Assembly (NCBI GenBank): GCA_039096225.1
Contig: JBBPEB010000014.1
Location: 310,001-374,000, forward strand
Source of the DNA: Blastocystis sp. Blastoise
Taxonomy: Eukaryota > Protista > Bigyra: Opalinata
Reading direction: 5' to 3'
Length of the DNA stretch: 64,000 nucleotides
Shown here one piece after another: positions 30,882 through 45,441 of the stretch (within the stretch, counting starts at the first letter, position 1; every line of letters starts with the position of its first letter). Both the position numbers and the translations under genes were made by a program. The notes beneath the pieces are model-generated. The model worked only from the letters and a program-made list of their open reading frames with translations, searched no databases and was not told the DNA's origin.

Positions 30882-33800
30882 ATGGATACACAAAAATCAC
30901 CACAAAGGACACCACAGGTATGACTCATTATTTTTTAATTAATTATATATCTATAGCCTCTTAAAAGAGAAACAAGAAGGTAAGGCTTTTATTTAATAAC
31001 TGAGTGACTCATCTATAGGTATTCAACAATGTCTATGTCCTATGATTCGATTTTTCAACAGTACATTTTTTTTATTAATTTATATATATATATTTCATTT
31101 CTAGTTCAACGAGCCCATTACCAGGTTCCTCACGCAAAAATACTCCAAATCCAGATGATGGTATTTTAAAATATTTTGCTATTTTTTTTTGTTTGAATAT
31201 TTTCTTATACATATATACATTTATAGAAGAATATCTCCCAACTGGTATTGTGACGTATTTCACATATACAGGACCTAAATTATATACTAAAAAAACAGAA
31301 AATGCTGATCCTGAGACTGAAACGATTTTGGATGATGATAGTTTATTGATTCTTCCTTATCTTTCTACCTCAGGTCGTCAATATCCCGCGGTTTATCAGT
31401 GTGTTCCTGACTCATGCCGAGAACGAGGAGAATTACCCGGAGCCTTCGAATGGTTCTGCTTCCCAAGTATAAAGATTATTCTATTAATAGTATTATGAAT
31501 AATAAGTGCTATTTGTTTATAATATTCTGTAATTTTATGTTTTAAATGTTATTCTTATATTATTAAATAAATGATAGTTATATTATTTATATTAATATAG
31601 ATGGTATTCACATACATTCTCCTATTACTCCTTTAATATTAAAATATGTCCCTTTGGAACTCGTTTCTGCTATGGAATATATTGTATATATATATAATTA
31701 TTATATGTTTTTTTTTATAATTATTATTATATGTTTTTTATATATTTTTTTATATATTATTATATATTTTTTTATATGTTATTATATATTTTTTATATAT
31801 TATTATATATTTTTTTTATATATTATTATATATTTTATTATATATAAAATTATAACTATAATAATGACTACTACTTCTCCTTTTTTGTCCTATAGACTGA
31901 ATGTTTGCCTTATCCTTCTATTTATGGAGATCCTGATTATGCTGTTCCTATTACTCTATTTAATGTTATTAATCAATATAAATATATTGATATTCATCAA
32001 CATTTATATTTAAATAAAGATATATACTTAAATCTTGAACCTTTAGAAGAACTGAATTTGGCACCAGATCCTTTTGCTACTGCTGTTCTAGATATACTAG
32101 GAAGACGAGTATATATATTCTATTTTTATTATATATATGTATATTTAATAATCATTATTATTTTTTTTTATTTTTTTTTGGTCTCTATATTTTAATTAAT
32201 AATATAATTCTATTAATATATAACTCTATATATATAATTATCTCTAGCCTTCTGTGATTCCTTCTATTTTGAATCGTCGTCTTATTAATATATCTCGTAA
32301 TATCTATTTAGATATTGAAGGAGCTATTTATGTTAGTAAAGAATTTGTGTCTATTCCTGACCAACTCTATGATATTCTCTCTTCTATACCTATATCTCTT
32401 CTTATTACTTTTATGTATATCTGTATACATATCTTTTCAACTGCTTATATTAATACATATTATTCATGTACTATTGAAGATTATGACTCTGAAGAAATCA
32501 ATAGTAATGTATATAGTTATAAAGGAGTTTATCAACGAAATATTGAATTATCAGAAGATAGTTATGATATCTCTGGAACTAGTGAGAATTCCCGTGGGGA
32601 TTATCGAAATCGTACTCATTTACCTATTTTAAGTGATGATGAAATACCTGATGAGGTAGTTCATGAATTAAATAAAACTTTAAATTCAGAAGATGAAAAT
32701 AAAAATAAGATAACTGAAGTAGAAAAGGAAAAAGAAGAAAATGATAATGAAGAAGAAGAAGTAGAGAAGAAGAAAAAGAAGAAGAAGAAGGAAGATAAAG
32801 ATGTTGAGAATAAGGATATAGAAACAAAAGAAAAAGACGATGGCGAAGAGAATGGAGAGAAGAAGAAGAAGAAGAAGAAGCGATCCAAACGTCAAGATAC
32901 TACAAAGGACACTATTCAACCTGATTCAGCTGTTGCTGATATCGCCCAAGATTCTCAAGTTATTGATCCTGCATCAAATATAGATAAATCTCAAGGTGAT
33001 ACTATAGTATCTCCTAGAAATGATGCTATTAGTCCTTCAAGTGGTCGGTATCGTGATCGTAAAGATCTTACATCTATTAGTGATATTGTAGATCTTCCAG
33101 CTCCGGAACAGAAATCTCGTCCGTCACGTGACACAGTATCTCCTTTTAATGATGTTAATTCTCCATATAGTCGTTTATTATTAAATCGTAATTTAGGTGT
33201 AGATAGTGATACAGAATTAAGTGATTTTGATAGTTTTAGTGATGATGAGAATATTCGTATGAAAATAGCTATGAAACGAAATAGAGATATTAATGATTCT
33301 TATATGAAGAATAAAGAGAATATATCTGAAGATAAAAAGGAAGAAACAACTCCAGTTTCATCGAAATCTGTGAAATCTTCTACGGTTGCTGGTACAACTA
33401 AAGATACAACTAAGGATACAGTTACTGATACAGTTACTGATACAGTTACTGGTGAACAATCTTCATCCTCATCAAGTACCAATTCTTCAAGTAATAGTAA
33501 TAGTAGTAGTAGTAGTAGTAGTGATGGATATAGTAGTGATGGATATAGTAGTGATGGATATAGTAGTGATGGATATAGTGAAGAGAGTTATAGTGATAGT
33601 AGCAGTGAAGGTGAACCTAGTTGTCCATTAGAAAATATATTCTTTGAAGAACTTCAAAGAATTAGTCGAGTGTTTGTTCCCTATTTATTTGAATTAGATG
33701 ATATTAAAACAACATTAGAAGATCCTGATTTTGTGGCTCTTATTGATCTTATTAGTGTATATATATATATATATAATATTTATATATATTATATATAATT

Positions 33801-35486
33801 TTTTTTAAATACAATACATTATAAATATTTCTTTTTATCTTTTTCTTTTATTTTTTATTAATATAAATTTATATCTATATATATATCTATATATATAGTA
33901 TATTGCGTTAAATCATTCTTCTGTTTTTACTTCTGAGTTTATTAATAAAGTAACCTATCAATTTAATTCAAATATGGCTTCTCATGTAAGTGCTACTAGC
34001 CCAACTAATATGAATAATTCTTGTCCTATTCCTTCAAGTATGTCTCAAAGTTTAGGTACTATTTCAAGTATGTATACACTTCATAATCCTTATATTGCAC
34101 AATCTAATACACCTTCTCTTACCGTTATTGATCAAGATTCACATCTTAAAACTATTTCTCAAACTATTTTTACTTCTTTATCTACTTCTATTAAAGTACC
34201 TCTTGATATATTTAATACATATAATAATAATATGATAGCAAATGTAGTTAATTCTTCTCCTAATTATCATTTTAATTATATGCATCCATCAATTGATCAA
34301 AAGAATGTGAAACGTACGTATACACCCTCTCTATTTACATCTGCTGATGCTTCTACTCCTGCTCCTTATACTGTTTCTAGTACTGCTACAACACCTTTCT
34401 TATATACACCCCCTCTTGATAGTTATAGAACAAGTTATTTTACTATTGATACGGGTATTGTTATATACTATGTGATTAGTATATATATGCATAAAGTAGG
34501 AAATGCTAAACAATTTAGTGGTAAAACAAAGAGTGTAATGTATGAGTCTTGTTTTAGTATTGTTACTCGTGTTCCTTGTCCAAAAGCATTTACAAAGATA
34601 CTTCAGGATCTAGTTAGTCTAATGTCTTATCATGAAATATATCAACAAGAAGTTATTAAATATATGTCTTTCCTTCTTTATGATTGTCCTATTCCTATTC
34701 CAAAGTATATAGATATTGCTTATTTATATGGAGGAAAAGAAAATGTTCTCGAAGTATTCAGTGGCGAAGGAAAATTCATGAATTGTATATATATGTTATT
34801 TGTTTTTATGTTTATTATTGTTATGTTTATTTAAAGAAAAGCAATTGTTTTTTGTTATTCATTATTATATATTATTGTTATGTTTAATTTTTTAATTTTT
34901 TCTAGCTTTCCCCGTGGTTTTATTACAAAACTTATTAGATATTGATACTATCGTATATTTATTATTACTTTGCGTCTATGAACGAAAAATACTTCTGGTT
35001 TCAAATAATATTATGCACTTATCAGTATATATATATTTATTGATTGATATTATTCTATATTATTATATATATTATTATTATGTATATTATTATATATATT
35101 ATTATTATGTATATTATTATATATATTATTATTATGTATATGATTATTCTTGGTATAACACCTTTATTTATATTTCATTATTTTTTTTTCTATATTTATT
35201 CTATTATTACTTATTATATATATATATATATATAGATTGTAAGTGAAGCTATTCTCTATTTACTTCATCCTTTTAATTATCAGAATCGATATATATCAAT
35301 TCTTCCTTATCCTCTTATTGATTTCATTGAAGCTCCTGTTCCTTATTTCTACGGTATTACTTATTATATGTATGAACAAATCAAAGAAACTGTTAGTAGC
35401 GATATATGCGTTATTCAAATAGGACAGGAATGCATTCAAGATAAAAAAGTGAAAATTGAAGATGATATTCATAAATGGTTGTATGC

Positions 35487-35531
<45 letters not shown>

Positions 35532-38500
35532 CTTTATTATTATTATATATTATTATTATTATTATTATATATTATTATTATTATTATATTATATATTATT
35601 ATATTTATTATTGTATATGAATTATTGTATATATATATATATCTATAAATATAATATTTTCCTTTTCCTATAGGAAATCTCAATTATATACTGTGGATAG
35701 TACATTAAATAATAAAGAATTACTCTATTTATATAGACATATATTCTATACTTTCTATTGTAAACTATTACCTAATATATATATGTATATCTATATTTTA
35801 AAAGATAATAAACATATATTCTTACAAGAATTATATATTAATAATGAAGTTCTAAGTCGAAACTGGGATCGTACATTCTATGATTCTTTCCTTAATTCTC
35901 AAGTATATTTATATTTATATTTATATTTATATTTATATTTATATTTATATTTATATTTATATTTATATTTATATTTATATTTATATTTATATTTATATTT
36001 ATATTTATATTTATATTTATATTTATATTTATATTTATATTTATATTTATATTTATATTTATATTTATATTTATATTTATATTTATATTTATATTTATAT
36101 TTATATTTATATTTATATTTATATTTATATTTATATTTATATTTATATTTATATTTATATTTATATAGGCATTTATTTGCTTTTTGGATCAATATATTTC
36201 TCCAGGAACTGTCTCCTTTCAACCTTATATTATATCCTTCTATTCTATATTATTATTATTATTATTATTTACATTTCTAATTTCTTATTATATTTTATTA
36301 ATATTATACTATTTCTATTCTCTTTGTATTCTTAACATTCCCACGGTAATAGTAGTGTCTCTGAATATCCTCCTATTGAGACCTTCTCCTCCTCTTTATA
36401 TCTCTCCTCCTATCTCCCTTCCCATCTTACTGTTCCTGATATTAATTATGAATGTATATATATATATATTCTATCATATTCAATATATATTTAATATATA
36501 TATTCTAATCTATACAATTATACAATTCTTATATTAATAAATTTAAATATATATATATATATATCTTTTTTAGATTTCATTGATACTGATGATATTGCTA
36601 ATACTCAATTTATACCTACAATTAATCCCTATCAGACTCCGACTACATTTACTCCCTTCGTTGATAAAGACGATGACGCACAAACTATATTACAGAATCC
36701 CCCTAAATCCCCTATGGATACTATATCGGAGACTCAAACAGATATTACTGAAGATAAAAGACATTCAAGAGATACTCGAGATAGTCATTCTCGACCTACT
36801 TCTACTTCCTCTTCTGGTATTAATAAAATAGATCGAACTATTAACGGTAAACCTGTTAGTGCATTTGATGATTTAAATCATTTAAATCCAAATGAATTAT
36901 TTAGTCCTATAAGTACTGGTACTCCTGATGTTAGTCTCTCTAATCCATCTGTATCTTCTAATAATAATAATAATGGCGATAATCATAATAATAATCATGA
37001 TAATAATAATAATAGTCAATCTATACATTATAATGTTCGTGATGGAGCACATACAACTTCGAACTCTAGCATCCCTTCACAGAATTCTACCTCTCCAAGA
37101 CAGACTTCGAATCATCCCTATCATCAGTCTTCTTCTCAAGTAAATACATCTACTCCTAATAGTATGACTTCTAAACCTAATACATTATCAAATAAACCAT
37201 TTGCTCGTTTATTACAACAAACTAAACGTGCTCAATCTGCATTAGTTGCTATTGGTCATTCTAAGCCGGAAGAACCCATGAAATCTCTCTCTCGTCCTAG
37301 TACCCTTACTCGTGATCCTATGCATACAAGCTCTTATATTACTACTCCTTCTAATACTATGAGTAGCTTAACATTTGATCCTTCAAAAAGACCTTTTTCG
37401 ACTGAAAGTACAACGTCGAAATTATCTGCAGATACATTGATGTCTGAGTCAAAAGGTCATATTACTATTAATTTAGTATTAGAAAAGATGAATGAAATTA
37501 TGTTAGAAGAGAAACAACGTCAAGATATAGCTCTTATATCAATGGAACGTCCTCCGTCATTAGAACATGAAGATAGCGTTGGAAGTGAATTTGATATAAT
37601 GATACAAACACCAGAATCATCACGTAGTCCTTCTCCAAATGTATTAGTATATACTAATAATGGGTATGAATCTTTAGTGAATCAACCTAATACTTCTCAT
37701 ACTAGTAATAATACTATTATTACTGATTTCCATACTTCTGGTATTCATAATGATATGCATCATTCAATGAGTCGAGATCATAGTCATTCATTATCTAATG
37801 ATCATCATTACTCACATTCCCGTGGTATTAGTTCGAATAGTCATGGCCATTCTCATTCTAGAGAAGTTAGTCATCATGAACATTATTACTCACATTCCCG
37901 CGGTATTAGTTCACATAGTCATGGCCATTCTCATTCTAGAGATGTTAGTCATCATGAACATAATATTTCTCATTCCCGCGGTATTAGTTCACATAGTCAT
38001 GGTCATTCTCATTCTAGAGATGTTAGTCATCATGAACATAATATTTCTCATTCCCGCGGTATTAGTTCACATAGTCATGGTCATTCTCATTCTAGAGATG
38101 TTAGTCATCATGAACATAATATTTCTCATTCCCGCGGTATTAGTTCACATAGTCATGGTCATCATACTCCTTCTGTTGATTCTCAACGATCTCCACATGA
38201 AATGAGTTTGGCTAGTACAAATAATAGAATAAATGGTAATGAAATACATTATAGTAATCATTCAAGACATGCTACTGTTCATGCTCATAGTAGATCACGT
38301 GATGTAGGATCTAGTGCACATCATATGAATACGTCATCGACACACCATGAGTCACGCCATTATACTCCAAATAGAACTCATAGTCGATCTCCATCTACAC
38401 TTAGTAATCATAATAATAATCATTCTCCTATTCGAAATCATACTTCTCATCATAATATGTCTGTTCAATCACATGAACATCATCATGAGCATGAAATGTC

Positions 38501-40599
38501 GTTACAAGCACATGATCATCATCATGAACATGAAATGTCGTTACAAGCACATGAACATGAGATGTCGTTACAAGCACATGAACATCATCATGAACATGAA
38601 ATGTCTGTTCAATCACATGATCATCATCATGAGCATGAAATGTCATTACAATCACATGATCATCATCATGAGCATGAGATGTCGTTACAAGCACATGATC
38701 ATCATCATGAACATGAAATGTCTGTTCAATCACATGAACATCATGAACATCATCATAGTGTTTCTACTGATTCTCATCATCATCATGAACATGAGCAACA
38801 TGAGCATGAACAACAAAATCATGAATTATCTTTTACTCAGGGTGCTAATGAAATTGATTTTACTAGTAATCATGGTCATCATCATGACCCTACTCATAGT
38901 CATTGTAGATCAAGAGATTTATATCATAATGAATCGCCTTCACATTCTCATTCCCAATCGAATCATCATAATCATTCGAATCATTCAAATCATTCGAATC
39001 ATTCTCATTCTCATTCTATAAGAAATGGTAGTCATAATCATAATGGTAGTTATTATGATCATACAGCACATGATCATTCATTTTCCCGTGAAAATACATT
39101 AGATAGACGTAGTTCTTCTGGATCTCGTCATCATTCTCAAAGTATGCATCATCATAGTATTAGTACTGATGAATATGGTCATCATACACATGAACATTCT
39201 ATGCATTCAGTTTCAAGAGATCATCATAATACTGGACCAACTTATGCAGAAACACATGCATTAAGTTCTGTTATGCAAGTACCTGCTATACGTCGAGAAC
39301 GATCGGATAATGTATTTGATGTCAGTGCTTCAAGTACTCCTGAGAATTATGTAGGTCATAATGGTTCAATACATAATAATCATCATAGTATCAGTCATAG
39401 TCGACATATTAGTAGCAGTAAACATAGTCATGAACATCATATCAGTGTAAGTAAACATAGCTTTAATGGTGGAGAGGAAGAAGAGGAAGAAGAAGAGGAA
39501 CCGGCTTATGGTATTAGTTTAGCTACTCTAGCGGAACAATCGAAAATGGATGTATGTATTCATATTATTATTTATTCAAGTTATTTGAATATTATTTATT
39601 ATAAGTATTGCTTATTATGTTGAAGTATTAGTATACTATTTTTATATTTTATATATTTTTTATATTTTATATATTTTATATATTTTATATTATTTTTTAT
39701 ATTTTATTTTTATATAAATTCAATTTTCTTTTTTCATATTTTTATTGATTATTATTAATATATATATAATATATAATATATAGGTACATAAGTTAAGTAC
39801 GGCTGTGCAGTATTTTGTGCGAGAAGCGGATCCTAAATCGAAGAGTATTGATCGATCCAATAAGAATAAAATATTTAGTGGCATTACCTATTTCTTGAAT
39901 TTATTAGATAAGCCAAAGAATTTAATTAAATATAATGAATTCCTTCTTCATTTAAAGAAATGTTGTGCTACGAAAGAAGGTCGAAATGGATATATAGAAT
40001 TATTATTACAACCTATTAATCGATATATATATGGAGATCGATATATATATTATATAGGAGCAGAAGCATTAAGAATTGTTCATCACGAATACTTAGAGTA
40101 TAATTATATATATTTATTATTTTATTTATTATACTTATTATTATTATACTTATATATTTTCCTTATTATATCTATTATTATTTTACTTATTATTATGCAT
40201 ATTATTACTATATATACTATCCCCTATGTCTCTAGTTTATGTGTTCGTCAACATGATTATATGTCTGCCGTCTACTTATTGGGGTGTATTAATAAATTCC
40301 TGGTTGTTACTCAAACACCTATACTTATTACAGATAAATATACATTAAACCCTTTATATATATATCATGCAAAACATCCTATATTTATGCTTAATGAATT
40401 CTGGGAACAATTATTCCGTTATTACAGTATTATGAAAGAAAAATCATTATATTTATTCTTATATCCTCGAATAAATGTATCGAAAAACATGAAACAGAAC
40501 GCGTTATCTTATTGTATTAGCCTCGCTAAAGACTTGTCACTTGAAAACGAATTCGAAAAGAATATCCTACCCACTTTAATTAAAAAGTTCATGAAATAA
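30882..40599 (+). CDS. giant DENN-domain protein (putative Rab GEF) with His-rich region and SBF2-like C-terminus
   Basis: u[17 protein letters not shown]; [19 protein letters not shown]; c[60 protein letters not shown]; d[21 protein letters not shown]; C-terminal [14 protein letters not shown]. Begins with several micro-exons. Confidence 0.85.
35904..36166. repeat. (TATATT)n microsatellite forming an entire intron
   Basis: Perfect hexamer array between GT at 35903 and AG ending at 36168. Confidence 0.95.
37803..38750 (+). repeat. coding His-rich tandem repeats (~63-nt and 39-nt units)
   Basis: [26 protein letters not shown]-type units about five to six times, then [13 protein letters not shown] units about eight times. 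Confidence 0.85.
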
Positions 40600-41817
40600 A
40601 CGGAGAAACTATTTTATATAATATTATATACAATCTGTAATAAGAATAAAGATAAATACTATATTTTTTTATATCGATATTTTTCATTAATTAATTAATT
40701 TTCTTTTTTTCAATGGCTTATATATTTCTATTTCTTAAATTAAACTAAATATCTATTTATATATTCTTTAAATATACAAATATTACTTTAATATATATAT
40801 ATCATTTCTTTATTTGTTCTAAATGTACTATATATTTCTATATTATTATTTATATATTTTGTGTTATCAATATAAACTATTTGTTTATATATATGTATAT
40901 ATATATTTGTGTATATTTGAATATATATTCAAAGTCTTCTGTTGACTTTTATTTTTCTATTTTAATAATGTATATATATAGACTCTTTAAGCATTTTTCT
41001 ATATTTTTCTCAATCTTTTCTCAATCTTTTTTATTTTTATTAATAAAATTTATTATTTATATTACTATACATTATTATTTTCGTTATTGTCTAATATTTT
41101 TATTATTTTGGTCAATATATTTAATTATCATCTTCTTAATAATAATGATAATATTATAATATACTTATTTATGAATCTTTTCGTAGACTTGTTTTGTCTT
41201 CTTTTATTATATCTCATTTCTTCATCTATAAATATTATCTATATATATATATATATTAGTTATCTGTAAATTTAAATGTTTAGTTGATCAAAATAATTAT
41301 ATATATTTATTTATGTATATCGATGTATAGTTATTATCTAAGTTCATACTATTTATATATATATTATTTATTATATATATATAGTTTCTTTTTAAATATA
41401 TATATTTCGTTGTTAATTTTGTTTCTTGTTGTATTCTTTATCTTTTCTATCATTATATATATAGTTAACTCTTCTCTGCATCCCTATAAATCAAAGCATG
41501 CCTCATCATCCATCCATTTTATATATACTTATATATAATATTATTCATTATTAATATACTCTTTCTCTTCATTTGTTTTCATTACTTATTCTAGGTATAC
41601 TATTGTTTACATTATATAATATATATATAGAAGTATTTATGTATTGTATACTTCTATTTCTTATATATCTTTATATATATATATATGTTTTTTTTTCTTT
41701 TTTTCTTTTCTTTTCTATTGTTTTCTTTATTTTTTTCTCCTATTCATAATCAATTATTTTATATTATTTTTTTAGTTGTATATTCTTCTAATATAACTTG
41801 AAATATTTAGCAATTCT

Positions 41818-41873
<56 letters not shown>

Positions 41874-42096
41874 AAATGTATTAACAATACAACCAAAAAA
41901 AAAAGAGAACAGCTACGAGAAATCTAAAAGAATAGTTTTATATTTTTAAAAAATTAATTATAAAACTGAGTAATAAAGTGTAAAACCAAATATAAAATAA
42001 AACTCAATGAAAAATAAAAACTATTGAGAAAACTAAAATGACAGGTAACAAGTGTTATACAATAAAAAAAAAACACATCAAAATAAAAAAACATTA

Positions 42097-42164
<68 letters not shown>

Positions 42165-42218
42165 ACAAAAGCCAAAAATACTAATAAACATTAAAATAAA
42201 TAAATTATAAGAAAATGA

Positions 42219-42809
42219 TTAATTCACATATTTCTCATATAATGTAGCAATACATTGTGAAGCAAGTATTCGATCATCTTGAGTAGAATTTGAATCACAC
42301 ATAATTCGTTCATAAACTTCTATTTCTGTTCGATCATCAAAAGACATACAATCCCTTAGAAGTTTCAATTTTTTTCTTTCAGTTTCCATATCTTTTCTAA
42401 ATTTTCTAGCATCTATTGATAATCTACGAAGTTCACTTTTAGAATGTGTCAAAGGATCCCTACCTTTTTTAAGAATGGCATAAGTGAACCATCCAAGAAC
42501 TTCGCAAGATGTTGCAGCAACTGCTGCATTTATACAATTACCTATAATAGGAACCATCTTGACAAATGACACTCCAATTCGACCTAAAATATAAATACCA
42601 CCATTAGATCCAAGAATCAATCCAATAAGTGCTTTCGTAGCTTTAGCTTTCACAATATGACATATTTGACTAACCATACAAATAACCATAATGGAAATAC
42701 TTAGTTCATCTCCAATAATTGTCTGAGCTAGACTTGCTCCGGCTATTGAACATGCTACACACCATGAGTGAATACATATATTCACTTGTTGAATCTCATT
42801 TAGAGGCAT
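42219..42809 (-). CDS. intronless DUF697/YcjF-like membrane-associated protein
   Basis: IHSWCVACSIAGASLAQTIIGD..MV..I and GRIGVSFVKMVPIIGNCINAAVAATSCEVLGW resemble the bacterial DUF697 pattern (IH.A..AAA..G..LAQ.P..D; ..IPGIGNAINA.TAA..TE.IGW). Confidence 0.6.
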   Translation of the reverse strand: MPLNEIQQVNICIHSWCVACSIAGASLAQTIIGDELSISIMVICMVSQICHIVKAKATKALIGLILGSNGGIYILGRIGVSFVKMVPIIGNCINAAVAATSCEVLGWFTYAILKKGRDPLTHSKSELRRLSIDARKFRKDMETERKKLKLLRDCMSFDDRTEIEVYERIMCDSNSTQDDRILASQCIATLYEKYVN

Positions 42810-43158
42810 TGATTAATCTAAATTGTTATAGAATATCTTATTATTCAATATAAATACACTTATTGTTTTAACTAGATAATCTTATAATCGATAATACCTT
42901 TTATTTTGAAAATAGTAGAATATATAGATATAAAACAAAAATAAAAACAATTGAAAAATGTATTCAGTTATTCTTTGTAGTTTTTCACTTTTCTATTTAG
43001 GATTATATTTAGATAGTATATGTAAACGAAACAGTAGTATTAACTCTATAGATTTAATTATGAACAAGAACATGGATCATGAACTGTTCAGAAAACAATA
43101 TGTTTTTATATAACAATTTCAGAAAAGCAAAAGAAGAATTGCTTTAACTAGTCAAAGT

Positions 43159-43329
43159 TTAAACTCTATCAAGATATTTCTTTCCACATTTAGTTAATTC
43201 ATCACAATAACATTCTTCAGGACAAGTGAAAATATTTCTCTTTTGTAAACGAAGATTAGCAGCAGAATATAAAGTTTTATATTCTGTAGAATTAACAAGT
43301 AAATTACTATCATAATGCCAGAAAGAACC

Positions 43330-43387
<58 letters not shown>

Positions 43388-44116
43388 TATAAGGTAGAAA
43401 AAGATAAAATAGAGGATGTATATAAATTGTAATATATATATATATACCAGCAGCAGCAATAGCTCTAGGATACATGATAGAGATCATGGATTCTTCAAAG
43501 AGAGCATCATATTGAGGATCATAAAGTTGCCAAGCAACAGGTTTAGCACCTGTCCAAGCACCACATTGTAAGGCATAACAATAATTATCAGTCCACATAG
43601 AAGCCTATAGAATTATTATAGTATTATTAGTATTAGTATTAATCTATTATATATTATTAATAATATAATAATAATAAATTACAATATACTTCTCCTCCAA
43701 ATAATTCTTTTTGTTCTTCAGTAAGTTCTAAAGTGACTGGTTTATCACCTTCACGTTTAGATGTAGGCCATAAATTCAATAAATCACTCCACATGTTTTC
43801 CATCTTATAATCAATATGATTAAGATAAAAATTACCTCCTCTACTCTCAATAGTATCATAACCCTTAGTAAGAATCTATATATATATAATATATGTATAT
43901 GATTCATAATATATATATAATATATGTATATGATTCATAATATATATATATATATACTTCAGTAGAATAATGTCTATACCATCCGTTGACAATAGATTCA
44001 GGAATAACACTGTTCTTCTTAAATAATACTTCTTCCCAAGCAATAGGTCTCTTTCCTAAAGTGTGATATACATAATTGAAAACTTTCTTTTCAAAAGCAG
44101 CAAAAGCTTCAACACT

Positions 44117-44183
<67 letters not shown>

Positions 44184-44372
44184 TTATTAACCTTTAATGT
44201 ATATTACAGTATATAATAATAATAACAATATTCTACATTTACCAACATAAGTAGTTTCATCACATCCTAAATGAACATAAGGTTCAGGGAAAAGAGCAAG
44301 AACTTCTTTTAAATAAGTAGTTAAGATCGTAAATGTTTTATTTTATATATATATATATATTGAGTAATAATA

Positions 44373-44421
<49 letters not shown>

Positions 44422-44506
44422 TTGAGGATCATCATATAATTGTTGAAGTTTATCATCACAGAATTCCATACCAACAGCGTGAAGAGGAGCCCATCCCATA
44501 CTATGG

Positions 44507-44542
<36 letters not shown>

Positions 44543-44547
44543 ATTCA

Positions 44548-44584
<37 letters not shown>

Positions 44585-45441
44585 TATATACCAGGAATAT
44601 CAAATTCAGGGATAATACGAATACCACGTTCTCTTCCATATTCAATAATTTCTTTAACTTCTTCTTGAGTAAAGAATCCAGCTTGAAGACCTGTTAAGCT
44701 CGCTGTAAGAACAGGATAGATCTTCGATTCTATAGCAACACGTGCCCAATCTGATAAATGCCAATGTAAGGTATTCAACTTATTATAAGGCATAGAATCC
44801 ATCAATAATTTCACCTATATATATTTATTAATATTTATTACTCATATTATAACGAATCATTATCAAAAAAAAGAAAAGAAAGTAAAATAAATTTATTAAA
44901 AACAATAATAATAATATATATACACAGTATGCATAGGAATAAAACGTCTACCACTATCAATCATGAATCCTCTATGTCTCCAAGTAGGATAATCATCAAT
45001 TTCAACTTTAGAATGATCTAAAACACCATCTTCGACTATTTGAGATAAAGTTTCTAAACCATACATAGCTCCAAAAGCAGTTTTAGCAGTAATTTCTCCT
45101 TTTTCTCCATCAATACTAATATGATAACTAGCATCAGTATTTAAATAAAGATGATCAGAATCATCTTCAATAGAAACAGTAACAACTCTTAAACCTTTAT
45201 CTTCCTTACCCTTTCCTATAATAGGGATATATCTGTCGACAGCCTTTAAAAGAATAGGAGATTCTTTCTCAACTTTGATCTCAAATTCAGAAGATAAAAC
45301 GGTGGATTCACCACTATATTCGATCTTTTGAGGAAGAGGCCAAATGTTCCAAGCACAAGCAACTCTATATTATATAATCGTATAAAAACAAGAATAAATA
45401 TACGCAATAAATAAACAGTAAAAAACTAAAGTTTGTTTCAT
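43159..45441 (-). CDS. beta-N-acetylhexosaminidase (GH20), catalytically intact
   Basis: Signal peptide, IWPLPQ, GAMYGLETLSQ, DYPTWRHRGFMIDSGRRF, NTLHWHLSD, RGIRIIPEFDIPGH, catalytic VHLGCDE, WEE, GGEASMWTD, YPRAIAAA. Confidence 0.93.

Noticed and set aside
40600-42218. Hydrophobic ORFs in the long AT-rich gap after the DENN gene
   Set aside because: The composition matches UTR or intergenic DNA, and there is no coherent exon chain.
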